The notes under the pieces are model-generated. The model was not told the origin of the DNA and made no database searches. It worked only from the letters and a program-made list of their open reading frames with translations. Made by a program: the position numbers and the translations under genes. Shown in pieces: positions 27,301 to 43,000 of a stretch of DNA of 64,000 bases. Source of the DNA: Macrostomum lignano (lineage: Eukaryota); contig NIVC01002259.1 in the NCBI GenBank assembly GCA_002269645.1, forward strand, positions 124,001 to 188,000. The letters run 5' to 3'. How positions within the stretch are numbered: the first letter of the stretch is position 1; each line of letters begins with the position of its first letter.

Positions 27301-29919
27301 TTTTTTGGACTAAAACCCAAGAAAATGTTAAAATGTTCAACCCATGAAAGCAGTTAAAATTATACAGTAAAAGTGAATACTTGCGTTTTTACATTATACT
27401 TAGGTCTCTGCCTGTCCCTCGTGAACATTTAGCCTCACCTGCAGCATTACGGCACTGTTATAATTGCCAGTGAATAAGGCAAGCACTGTAAATTTGTCAC
27501 TTATAGATACATCTGGCTATGTTGTGAGTTCTTTCTCTTTATTATGAGCTATTGTTTATATGGGAACATAATAAATTGGATAAAGAGTATTGATGCATCA
27601 ATAGCAGTTTCTGGTGTTAAAGCTACTAATAACATTTTACTTACACTATTGTGTTTTATGGCTATTGTGATTTCAATAGAATTATATACAATATCTGTCA
27701 TATCTATATCTATATGTTACTGTTTAGGCTCTGTGCTGCAGAGGATACACTCATAGAGACCCGCTTGCACCCGCTAACCTCCCCATGAGATCTGCTATGT
27801 AGAATTGAAGCTTTTTCACACCCTTTTATATTATGTTGACTGTGGTCTTTTTTCAATCGTTGTTGTGCGTTTTTCTTTCTTCAATCTGTCAGTTCTAAAA
27901 GCAGCAAAGTTTTGGGGATTACTGTTTTTAATGTTTGTTTTCTGCCTTTTTGTTTTTTGAAGCCTGATTTAAAAAAGTTGATATACTGTGAATTTTGTCG
28001 CTTCTCTAAGTCGGCTCGTGTGCAGTGAACTCCGTTGTTTAGTTTACTATATAAACATTTTTGTGAGCACTAATATCCATTGATGTAATTGCCTTAATGA
28101 TTGCCTGAGTAAGTTGTTGGCTTGTGTGCCTACATTTGTTTATTAATCATGTCTTGTAAATTAACGTTTGGGGTTAAAAACACAATTTTAACTATTCATT
28201 GACTTATATATTAGTAATAGTTCATTGAATGTATCATTGAAGTTCATTAATATTATGTACAGCAATAAATTTAGCAATCTGTCACTTCAGCTAATATTAA
28301 TATTAAGTGCGTTTGGCTGGCGGTAGCAACGGCTGCTGTAAGATTTTGATAATCTTTTTATGGGCTTGTTTTCTTTCAGAAATTGTAGTTATTGTGCACA
28401 TGGTGTCCGATAACAAAGATGACAATGAGGACAAATCATTGTCTATAAATGCAAATAATTGTCTAAAAGTGAGATAACATTCGTTCTACACTACTCTATT
28501 GCGGATCAGAAAAAGTGACATTCAAGAGATTAAAATATTTTTAAATTTTAGGGCAGCAAAATTTATCATTAGAAAATAGGTGCAAAGTATTAGTTACTTC
28601 GCACACGGTTGTCAGTAGTGTTTCGGCATATTTCATAATTCCGCCTTGGTGCTTTCAAATTTGCTGCAATTTCTTGTTGATTGTAGTTGAAAACGGAAGG
28701 CTACGTAGCTACTGTTAAGTAACATCCCTGTAGAGCAGTAAAATGACTACAAAAGTCTAGAGATTGAATGCTTCCGGAAAATTGTTCATAAAAACAAATC
28801 TTTTTTGTACAAAAGTAATAGTACTCTAAAAATAACAAAAAAGTTGGTAACTTGCAGATTTATAAAAATAATAATAAAAAAAATTAACTTAAACTTATTT
28901 TACGCAAAAACTTATTGCTATACCACATGTTTGGTCTCCATTTTACAAATCGGTTTCATTTATGTGTAATTAAATTGTGCACTGTAGGACTCATCCTAGA
29001 TGCAGTGATTTTTTAAATTATTAGCTAAGAAACATGTAAAACACCAAAGTAAAATTTCAAAGTGATTAACTTAAAGATAAACTGATTCCTTTATTTTCTA
29101 TAGTATGTCGGTTCAAGTTACTTATGCTTTATTTAACCTATTTCTCTGCTCTGGTGTCGCACTGTCGCAGTCACAACTGAAAATAATGTTTTTGTAACTA
29201 AGATAAAATTTTTATTTGTATAATTAAGCTAAAAAGCCTTCTAAAATGTTGTATATATAGTATTTTTATCCCAATAACGTCTTAATACAAGTATTCTATA
29301 ATAAAGAACTACTAGACTAGACTTTATAACGAAGTGTTCCTAGTGGTCCTTGTATATAATATCTTCATTCAAATATTGCTTTTAAATTAGCTATTTCAAT
29401 TTTATTACCGCTAATCAGTACAAGCAAAAACTGAAGATAAAAGTAATGGCTCAAAATTACATATATCGGGTCATATGTTTTTCTATGTTATTTTTCCACA
29501 TTTTGCAATTTGCATTTTTAGCTACAAAACAAATAAATACATACACATTTTGGTTATTAATTGACGAAAACAATATAGATAAACCCAGATATTGAACGAT
29601 TGATGATGATGATTTCATGGCTAATCATATCAATACAACCCTACATTTATGTATGTCATAACTAATTTTGGCTCAGAATAATTAATTAAGCTTTTTATTG
29701 TAATATAATCTAAACATGAAATTAAAAATTCAATCAAAAAATATCTTTTAAGACTTATGTTTACTGATTTAAAAAAATTATATTACTAGTGAAATCTGCC
29801 TGCAATAACTGATTAGACCTCAATTTTTTATACAGAATTTTTAGAATAATAAAAGCTTAAAATATCAGCAGACTGAGCAGGAGAAATGTAAGAGTTTCTT
29901 CCAATGTTTCAGCGCCAGC

Positions 29920-33414
<3,495 letters not shown>

Positions 33415-33844
33415 CCTGACTAGAAACTGCAGGTATTAGAATTAAAAAAGAACGCTACATATGCAGTACGCAGAAATAACTCACATCGTCTCACATTTTA
33501 TTAATTAATCAACTGTACTAGACTAGGCGCTTGTGTAGCTGATACTTTTATCAAGACAGCTTTGCAAATAACGACCTTAAATCATTTTTTCTATTACAAT
33601 ATTTTTCTACAAAATATTCGAAAACTACAAAAGCATATTTCTTTCCAGTATATAGATCTTCCAATAATTTTATGTGCGTTTGTTTTTAAAGCGATACTGG
33701 CTACTAAATATAAGTACAGACTAAGCACGCTTATTAGATTTTTTAATTTGCCATCTGGAATGGTGAAATTTTTACTTATGCTCCAGGGTTGTTAATGTAA
33801 TTTTTATAGTTAATAATTAACTGGCATCTGTCTCCTGTTACTAA

Positions 33845-34317
33845 CACAGATACTAAAATAGCTGGATGGGTCACTCAGGCATTTATACTTAGCAAAACAG
33901 CTTTCTACTTTCAGTTCAGTAGCAAAGAAGAATACATAAGCTATTTTATAAAATAGGCAGCTGAAATGACTTTGATAAGTTTAGAAGCCCAAGCTCGCAG
34001 GCGTAAACAACTTGCTAATTGGTTCAGCAGTAATGTACATTGGCCAGTCCACTGAAATGTACATGGCAGCTTTAGGCTGGAATTCCGAGAAAGGCAATAA
34101 AAATTGGGGCTGGGCGGGGAGTAGTGTGGAAAGGCGAGGTTGGAGGGTTTCAGCTGGAGGGTAATACATGTAAATGAATGGGTAATAAAAGAGCCAATAA
34201 ATGAGCCTTGGCTTTAAAAATACAGTAAAATGTTTTTGTTTAACTTACTACTGAACTGAAAGTAGCTTACACGCAAATGTACTGAGTGGCCCATCTCTAG
34301 TAATTCTAGTATCTGTG
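33845..34317 (+). mobile_element. 473-bp MITE (family M), ~35-bp TIR starting CACAGATAC, 8-bp TSD GTTACTAA (P-superfamily-like)
   Basis: CACAGATACTA...GATGGGTCACTCAG / CTGAGTGGCCCATCT...GTATCTGTG; GTTACTAA on both sides; four more copies in the window. Confidence 0.88.
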
Positions 34318-34384
34318 GTTACTAAATACGTTTTATCGCAAATCTAGTTACTTATAGTAGGCTGGTATGCAAGGTTATCAATGG

Positions 34385-34600
34385 GCAGAGCAGTTTGCTG
34401 GGGCCACGACCCCTGGTTCGATTCCGTGTGTGGCCACATTCATCTGGGGGCTTGTGCACGAAAATTGGCTTCACACCCATGAGGACATCCCCCATGGCAC
34501 AGAATGTACATGCCTGACGATTAGAAAGTCAAAGGGCCGCTGTACACCCTGTGTGAGCGTGTGTATGAGTGCGTACTACATCTGACTTTGGCACACTCTC
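34385..34600 (+). mobile_element. tRNA-derived SINE, family 2
   Basis: B-box GGTTCGATTCC; shares motifs with 12400-12530; its 3' part GGGCCGCTGTACACCCTGTGTGAGCG recurs at ~62497 and inverted at ~54515. Confidence 0.55.
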
Positions 34601-34850
34601 AAAAGACCAGTTGAAACTTGAATCAAATTACCAGTTATAGATTTCGCAATGCCAATCTGCTCAAATATTTGTCAGCAGGTTGCGGAAAGCAGGTAAACTT
34701 GTTCCTTCCTCTAAAAATGTTCCTTCCACTAACGTGTTCTTGGATAATATTATTAATGATAGGCCAAACTTACGCTTTTAAAAGCAAACAAGCAAGTTAC
34801 TAATTCGGTAATATGAGTACAAGTCATGCGCTAGAATGCTAATGCCGGCC

Positions 34851-35375
34851 TCAGTTCTGCCAGTTGGACAGCTGCAACTCTGCGGCAAAGAACTCCGCCT
34901 CAGCCTCCTGTTTCGACTGTCGTTCGCTGGTGCGCCTCGCCGCCTCGCCGCTGCTCGTCGCTTCGCCGCCGCCTTCGCCGCGGCCGGCCTCGACGTCCCC
35001 GGAGCAGCCGACAGTTGGCGTCGAGCTGGCGCTGGTCTGGCCTCCATCGCTGGCGCCCAGCATCAGCTGCCTGATCAGCTGTTTCTGCTGGCGCAGCTTC
35101 TTCTTCAAGTTCTCCTTCAGCACCAGCAGCTTGAGCTTCTCGTCGAACAGCAGATCCTCCATACCGTCGCCGTTGCCTGCTCCGCCGCAGCCGCGGCCGT
35201 CCCCAGCCGACTCGGCGTCATCCGCCGCCGCCGCGGCCGCTCGGGACTTGGACGACTCTTTTTTTGCTCGGCGAGAGAACAGCAGCCGTTGAAGCAGTTT
35301 GGTTGCCACGGAACCGGCCGCGCAGCCGGCAGCAAGCAGGCCGCCGCCGACAGCAACTATCATCCAGTCAAGCAT
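34851..35375 (-). CDS. Orphan 174-aa protein: N-terminal hydrophobic helix plus coiled-coil segment
   Basis: ATG-initiated, GC-rich, coding-like ORF: MLDWMIVAVGGGLLAAGCAAGSVATKLL...LLFDEKLKLLVLKENLKKKLRQQKQLIRQLML. No family recognised. Confidence 0.6.
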   Translation of the reverse strand: MLDWMIVAVGGGLLAAGCAAGSVATKLLQRLLFSRRAKKESSKSRAAAAAADDAESAGDGRGCGGAGNGDGMEDLLFDEKLKLLVLKENLKKKLRQQKQLIRQLMLGASDGGQTSASSTPTVGCSGDVEAGRGEGGGEATSSGEAARRTSERQSKQEAEAEFFAAELQLSNWQN

Positions 35376-35744
35376 TGGCCTAGCTAGTTGGCCACTGAAA
35401 TTCTTTTTTTAGTTACTTTACGAGTAGTAGTTATTCTTTAGTTATACGGTAGAATTGGCTGAGAGAATCTACTCATAGGCTATCAAATTACCGTTTGAGG
35501 AATCAGCAAAATAAAATAGACCACAGCCAATATTCAGTTGTCTATGGTAAACGTTTCTCCTATGATTCAGAATTCATAAAAATTGTCTATGGCTTTTTAT
35601 TCAAGTGTATTTATAAAAGTACGCGAGCTGTCATGCTTGAGTGTTTTTAGACTGTTGCTATTTATAGAAGGTTTTGATGCGCATCTGTTTTTAATACAAA
35701 AGTCTATGGCTTAAACCCACTAAAGGTTCATATTACCTCCTTGT

Positions 35745-36325
35745 AGCTCTAACAGTCTGCAGGAGTGGGTCACTGACTTGCCAGTCTACAGTCAGTCTGC
35801 AGGAGTGGGTCACTGACTTATCACTCTACAGTCTGCGGGGGTGGGTCATTGACTTATTACTCTACAGTCTGCAGGGGTGGGTCACTGACTTATCACTCTA
35901 CAGTCTGCAGGGGTGGGTCACTGACTTATCACTCTACAGTCTGCGGGAGTGGGTCACTGACTTATCACTCTACAGTCTGCGGGAGTGGGTCATTGACTTA
36001 TCACTCTACAGTCTGCGGGGGTGGGTCACTGACTTATCACTCTACAGTCTGCGGGGGTGGGTCACTGACTTATCACTCTACAGTCTGCGGGGGTGGGTCA
36101 CTGACTTATAACTCTACAGTCTGCGGGAGTGGGTCATTGACTTATCACTCTACAGTCTGCGGGGTGGGTCACTGACTTATCACTCTACAGTCTGCGGGGG
36201 TGGGTCACTGACTTATAACTCTACAGTCTGCGGGAGTGGGTCACTGACTTATAACTCTACAGTCTGCGGGAGTGGGTCACTGATTTATCACTCTACAGTC
36301 TGCAGGAGTGGGTCACTGACTTGTC
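35745..36325. repeat. 36-bp minisatellite (TCTACAGTCTGCGGGGGTGGGTCACTGACTTATCAC)n
   Basis: Visible tandem array. Confidence 0.95.
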
Positions 36326-36913
36326 AGTCTCGAAAAAACCAAAAGCATTGAAAATGCATCCCCTGTGGCCTTTCAATTCTCTGCATCGCAGACTCACGCA
36401 TTCACTGGGATTGTAAAGTGCTTGAGACTACTCAGAATTCCATGCCCCCTCCACACTGTGTACTCCCGTCTCCATAGCAACGAACGTAATCAGCTACGGT
36501 GGGCATGCAGAGTCAACTGGCCGCTGAATGCAATCAAACTGCAGTCCAGTTGGGATTTGAGTTGTTGGATGCGCTCTCTGTTATCCTTTGTCCTGGCAGC
36601 GGACCATGGCAACCGGACCAAGTCAGAGTCAGGCGGACAAGATCTGCTAAATATTTAATCGCTTTAGAGTCGCCCAATGGAGAGCATTAATAATTTAATT
36701 GGGACCGCAACTTCCAGGTGAGCAATAAACTCTCCCCTGCTCTCAGCCCATAAAATCCCCACGCTCGAAGGATCAGCGCTCACGTCTTAAACACCGAGTT
36801 GACTTCAACTCCGAAGTTCATCACTTGCCTTCCGAACATTCTCAAAGCCTTAACAACAGACTCTGCGAAAAAGGCGGCAGACTCGAGCCATGACAGCTCA
36901 TAAATCAGCTCAG

Positions 36914-39901
36914 ATGCGTGCGAGCTGCCGTCTGCTTGTGCTGCTCCTGGCTGTACACTGTGAGTCCGCCATCATTTCTGCTTTTTTCTCACTGAAGACA
37001 AACAGCCTTTCTCGATGGAAGCATCCATTGAGACTAAATTATGCTTCATCAACTGTCTTTATTATCACTAATTCGTAGGCGCGGTGACCTCAACCGCCGC
37101 GAGCGCCGATGGCAAAGTGTGCATCAACAAGCCGGGCAGCGTCGGCGGCGCTCTGGTGTTCCCCGTGGACAGCCTGACCTCCTCGCTGCAGTCCTGCTTC
37201 CAGGACATTCGCAAGTGCGCCTCTACCAAGTTCAGCGTCTGCCTGCAGCTGCGGCTGGACAAGATTGAAGCAAATGGATGCGGCAAAGTGTTCACCACCG
37301 GGGGTGAGGCCTGCTGCATCGCTGATGCTGGGGGGACTGGAGACTCTCAGTGGGACTGGGTGGACTCTCAGTGAGACTGGGTGGACTCTCAGTTGGACTG
37401 GGTGGATTCTCAGTTGGACTGGGTGGATTCTCAGTGGGACTGTGTCACTGGGTGGACTCTCAGTGGGACTGTGTCACTGGGTGGATTCTCAGTGGGACTG
37501 TGTCACTGGGTGGACTCTCAGTGGGACTGTGTCACTGGGTGGACTCTCAGTGGGACTGTGTCACTGGGTGGACTCTCAGTGGGACTGGGTGGATTCTCAG
37601 TGGGACTGTGTCACTGGGTGGACTCTCAGTTGGACTGGGTGGATTCTCAGTTGGACTGGGTGGATTCTCAGTGGGACTGTGTCACTGGGTGGACTCTCAG
37701 TGGGACTGTGTCACTGGGTGGATTCTCAGTGGGACTGTGTCACTGGGTGGACTCTCAGTGGGACTGTGTCACTGGGTGGACTCTCAGTGGGACTGTGTCA
37801 CTGGGTGGACTCTCAGTGGTATTGGGTGGACTCTCAGTGGAGTGGGACTGGGTGGACTCTCAGTGGGACTGGGTGGACTCTCAGTGGGACTGGGTGGACT
37901 CTCAGTCAGGCTGGGTGGACTCTTAGTGGGACTGAGTGGACTCTCAGTGGGACTGGGTGGTCTCTCAGTGGGACTCAGTGGACTCTCAGTGGGACTGGGT
38001 GGTCTCTCAGTGGGACTGGGTGGACTCTTAGTGGGACTGGGTGGACTCTCACTGGGACTGGGTGGACTCTCAGTCGGACAGGGTGGACTCTTTGTGAGAC
38101 ACTTGACCTCTTGAGGAAAGTGAAACGATCGATTAACATTCATCCGAATCCGCAGGCGACACGCCCTACGCGTTCGGTTCCTACCTGGAATTCCTGGGCC
38201 AGCGGAAGTTCGTGTTCGGTGTCTATGGCACAGACTTCACCGGGGCCAGCGTGCGCTGGGAGGCCGCGTTTGAGATCTCGAAGAGCAGCCTGCCAGTCAC
38301 GGTGAGCTTCAGTTTATTCCAACCCGAACCCGAATTCCAACCCGAACCCGAATTCCAACCTGAACCCGAATTCCAATCCGGACCCGAATTTCAATCCGAA
38401 TTAACCAGAACCCTAACCCGAATTCCAATCCTAATCCGAATTCTAATCCGAATCCGAATTCCAACCCGAACCCAAATTCCAACCCGAACCCGAATTCCAA
38501 TCCGAACCCGAATTCCAACCCGAACTCGAATTCCAACCCGAACCCGAATTCCAATCCGAACCCGAATTCCAACCCGAACCCGAATTCCAACCCGAACTCG
38601 AATTCCAACCCGAACCCGAATTCCAATCCGAACCCAAATTCCAACCCGAACCCGAATTCCAACCCGAACTCGAATTCCAACCCGAACCCGAATTCCAATC
38701 CGAACCCGAATTCCAACCCGAACCCGAATTCCAACCCGAACTCGAATTCCAACCCGAACCCGAACTCCAATCCAATTCGAAATCGAACCCCGGCCCCGCA
38801 GCTGTGCGGCACCTGGGAGGACAGGTCCGGCCTGATACTCTACGTCGACGGAATGCGAGCCATCATCAAGCAGAACGGGGTGCAGAAGTACATGGACCGG
38901 TACTTCCTGAACGCGATCATCCCATTCCAAGAGACCATGGTGTTCTGCCGCGGCAAGTCGGGCATTTCGCCAGACGATTCGGGCATCTCGAATGTCTGCG
39001 TCCAGGAGGCCGTGTGGGACTCGGACACGATCACTAGTGAGCACTTTCCCAGTTGAAGTGTTCCGGTTTCAGCTCAGGAATGCAAACTGATAACTCGATT
39101 TAGACTAAAGCGTTTTTTGCAAATTTATTTAACTTGTTACATGGACATCGAGATATTCAACGACGAGATATTCTGCAGAATTTTTAGTTTAAACTTCCAG
39201 AGCTTCAGGGCCAACACCACCTTAAGGACCTCAAAGATCTTTAAGATCCTCGGGACATCAAAGCCTTCAGGAACCTCAGGACGGTCAATACCTTCAGGAC
39301 CCTCAGGAACCTCAGGGCGGTTAATACCTTCAAGATCCTCAGGAACCTCAGGGCGGTCAATACCTTCAGGACCCTCAGGAACCTCGGGGCGGTCAATATC
39401 TTCAGGACCCTCAGGAACCTCGGGCGGTCAATACCTTCAGGACCCTCAGGAACCTTGGGGCGGTCAATATCTTCAGGACCCTCAGGAACCTCGGGGTGGT
39501 CAGTACCTTCATGACCCTCAGGAACCTCGGGGCGGTCAATACCTTCAGGACCCTCAGGAACCTCAGGATGGTCAATGAGTTCAGGACCTTCAGGAACCTC
39601 GGGGCGGTCAATAACTTCAGGACCCCCAGGAACCTCAGGATGGTCAATAAGTTCAGGACCTTCAGGAACCTCGGGGCGGTCAATAACTTCAGGACCCTCA
39701 GAATTCTCAGTATTGCTCTCGAACATTGCAGACATGCCGCTGTCCTACGCCGATCTTGGCTGCACCGAGTCTTCCACTGTGTCGCCAAAGTACACAGTCA
39801 GCTCCAATCTGATCACCAGCACTCAGGACCGGTACCAGATGGACTGCTTTGAAAACTGCGGCTACTTCAGGTACAGATGAGAGACAGAGAGAGAGGAGAG
39901 A

Positions 39902-39966
<65 letters not shown>

Positions 39967-39976
39967 GAGAGAGAGA

Positions 39977-40029
<53 letters not shown>

Positions 40030-43000
40030 GAGAGTTGAGAGAGGGGGAGAGACTAGAGGTGAGTTGAGAGAGACTTTCTAGATCTGAATTAAGTATAGGT
40101 TCGTTATCTGAAAAATCCCATATACTAAAAATGAAAATCTTGCTTGCTTGTAATCGATTAGAGAAAAAATGGCTTAACCAATTTTCATGAGACTTGCACT
40201 GTTCGATCAGAAATTTTCCCGTGACGGTACATGTGTCTTGGCTAAGAAATTGCTCGATGCTAAAGGCATTAAATACTCGAAAAACATGCTTTTTTGCAAA
40301 GGTCAAGCAAACTTTTCGACTTGAAATGCATTGTAAGAATGCTAGAAAAAATTGACTGGTTGAATTCTGATTCTGAAATAGATTGCATCATAACTCCAAC
40401 GCATCACTGCATCATAGATTGCATTGTAACTCCAACTTGAATTGCGTCACAGTATTGAAAATGCAGTGTGGAAGCATAGCACCAGACTTGATTTAGATTG
40501 CGTAACCATATTCTCAACTTTAATTGAGACTGATACTGACTTGCCTGGGAAATTGATTATGTCATAACTGCTTCGTGTGTGAGTGTTTAATTATATAAGT
40601 GCTACAATTTCATTTATAAATTCGATAATAGCTAGCCTATATGTGAACAGACTGGACTGCAAATGCAGCGACCTGGGTTTGAATCTTAGTAGTGAAAAGT
40701 TTTTTATTAAAGGAAAAATAAAGGACAAAAGGCGTCATGTAAAAAAGCATGGAAGCGTCATGTAAAAAAGCATAGAAGCGTCATGTAAAAAAGCATAGAA
40801 GCGTCATGTAAAAAAGCATAGAAGCGTCATGTAAAAAATCGTCATGTAAAAAATCATAGAAGCGTCAAGTAAACAATCATAGAAGCGTCATGTAAAAAGC
40901 ATAGAAGCGTCGTGTAAAAAATCATAGAGCGTCATGTAAAAATCATAGAAGCGTCATGTAAAAAATCATAGAAGCGTCATGTAAAAAATCATAGGAGCGT
41001 CATGTAAAAAATCATATTAGCGTCATGTAAACAATCATAGAAGCGTCATGTAAAAAATCATAGAAGCGTCATGTAAAAAATCATAGAAGCGTCATTAAAA
41101 AATCATAGAAGCCTCATTTAAAAACTAATGAAAGTGTCATTTAAAAAATTAAGAAGCATCATGGTAGAATAAAAGAAGCGTCATGTCAGACATGAAGGAT
41201 GTCATGTAAAAATTAAATGCAGTTATAATGCTGTGCTGGGGAGAAAAACTGAGACGTCAAGGCTCTCAGAGAATAACTGAGATTACGGGGGGTGGGTTTC
41301 TGAGATGTCAAAGCAAAAGTCAGAAGCTACTTCAAAGTTCATGTACTTTACTCAATTTTTTTTATTGCATTCTTTGTTGGCTCGCCACGGGGGGCGCTGA
41401 TAGAAGAAGAGTCATGTAAAAAATAAAAGTAGCACTATGTATACATAAAAGAAAAGTCATGTCGAAGTTAAAAGATTCATTTGGGAATTGCTACGATGTC
41501 AAAGCTTGGTGGAAATCGTTATAGTGCTGTGATTCTTAAAGAAGGAATCACTAAAATCTCAAGGCTTAGGGGAGAAGAATTGCTGAGATTTCAAGGCTTT
41601 AGGTTGGTTTAAAGTTAGGTTTAGGTCAGGTGTGGGTTGAGGGTTATATTTTATCGGGTTTCAAGGTTAACAGGGGATGTTTTAGATTTCAAGGTTTATG
41701 GGGGCCATCGCTGACATGTCAAGGCTTACGGGGGGAATAGCTGAGATGTCAAGGCTCACGAGGGTATAAATGAGATTTCAAGGCTAAAGTCAGAAGCTAC
41801 ATGTAGTTTATTGAAAACTTTTTATTACATTATTTGATGCCTCCTCAGGGGAGGGATCGCTGATAAAAAAGCGTAATGTAAAAAATCAAAGAAGCTTCAT
41901 GTCGAAGTTAAGAGATTCATTTGGGAATCCCTACGATGTCAAGGCTTGCAGGGAATCGCTATAATGCTGTAGTAGTGCTATAATGACTCTTAGAGAGAAT
42001 TACTGAAATTTCAATGCTTTAGGGTTGGGTTAGGGTTAGGGTTAGGGTTAGGCTAGGGTTAGGCTAGGGTTAGGCTAGGGTTAATGTTAGAAGGTTGACA
42101 GATATTTTTAGATTTCCAAGGCTTATTGGGGGCATTGCTGAGATGTCAAGGGGGGAAGTTGATATGTTAAAGCTTGTGGGGGGGAATTACTGACATGTCA
42201 AGGCTTACAAGGTTTGACAGGAGATTTTTTAAGATTTCAAGGATACATGTAGCTTATTAAAAAAACGTGTATTGCATTTCTTTGGCTCCCCAACGGGGGG
42301 CGTAGATTGCTAGTCCATATACTAAAAATGGTCTGTCGGTATGTGTGTGTGTGTGTATGTGTGTGTGTGTGATCGATTTTAGCAAAAATGGCTCAACCGA
42401 TTTTGTTCAAACTTGCACCATTCGATCAGAAATTTTTCCGTGACGGTACATGCATCGTGGCTAAGAAATTGCTCGATGCTAAAGGGATTAAATATTCGAA
42501 AAACATGCTTTTTTGCAAAGGTCAAGCAGCTATTTCGACTTGAAACGCACTGTAAAAATGCTAGAGAAAAAACTGACTGGTTGAATTCTGATTCTGAAAT
42601 AGATTGCATCACAATACACTTTATTTATCGTCTGTGTACTGGCTGAATTTGACACTCAATTGAATTGCGTCACAGCTTTGAGTGTGAAAGTATAGTGCAG
42701 TACTGAATTTATATTACGTAACCATATTGTTAGCTTTCATAGACACTGGTACTGACTTGCCTAAGAAATTGATTATGTCATAACTGCTTCGCGTGACTTT
42801 TTACTCTACCTGACTTGGTGTGAGTGTTGAATTATATAAGTGGTACAAATTCACTGATAACTTCGATGAGAGCTAGCCTAGACCTAGCCTAAAAATTACT
42901 GCACCAGACTGCTAATGCAGCGACCTGGGTTCGAATCTAAGTAGTTTAAAAGTAGTAGTGTAAAATTTTTTATTAAAAGCTTTTATTAAAGGACTAAATA

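Noticed and set aside
29888-29912. 22-25-nt GTAAG…CAG micro-introns just upstream of the coiled-coil and GPKOW start codons
   Set aside because: Far shorter than every other intron reconstructed here (shortest ~76 nt); no support without transcript data.
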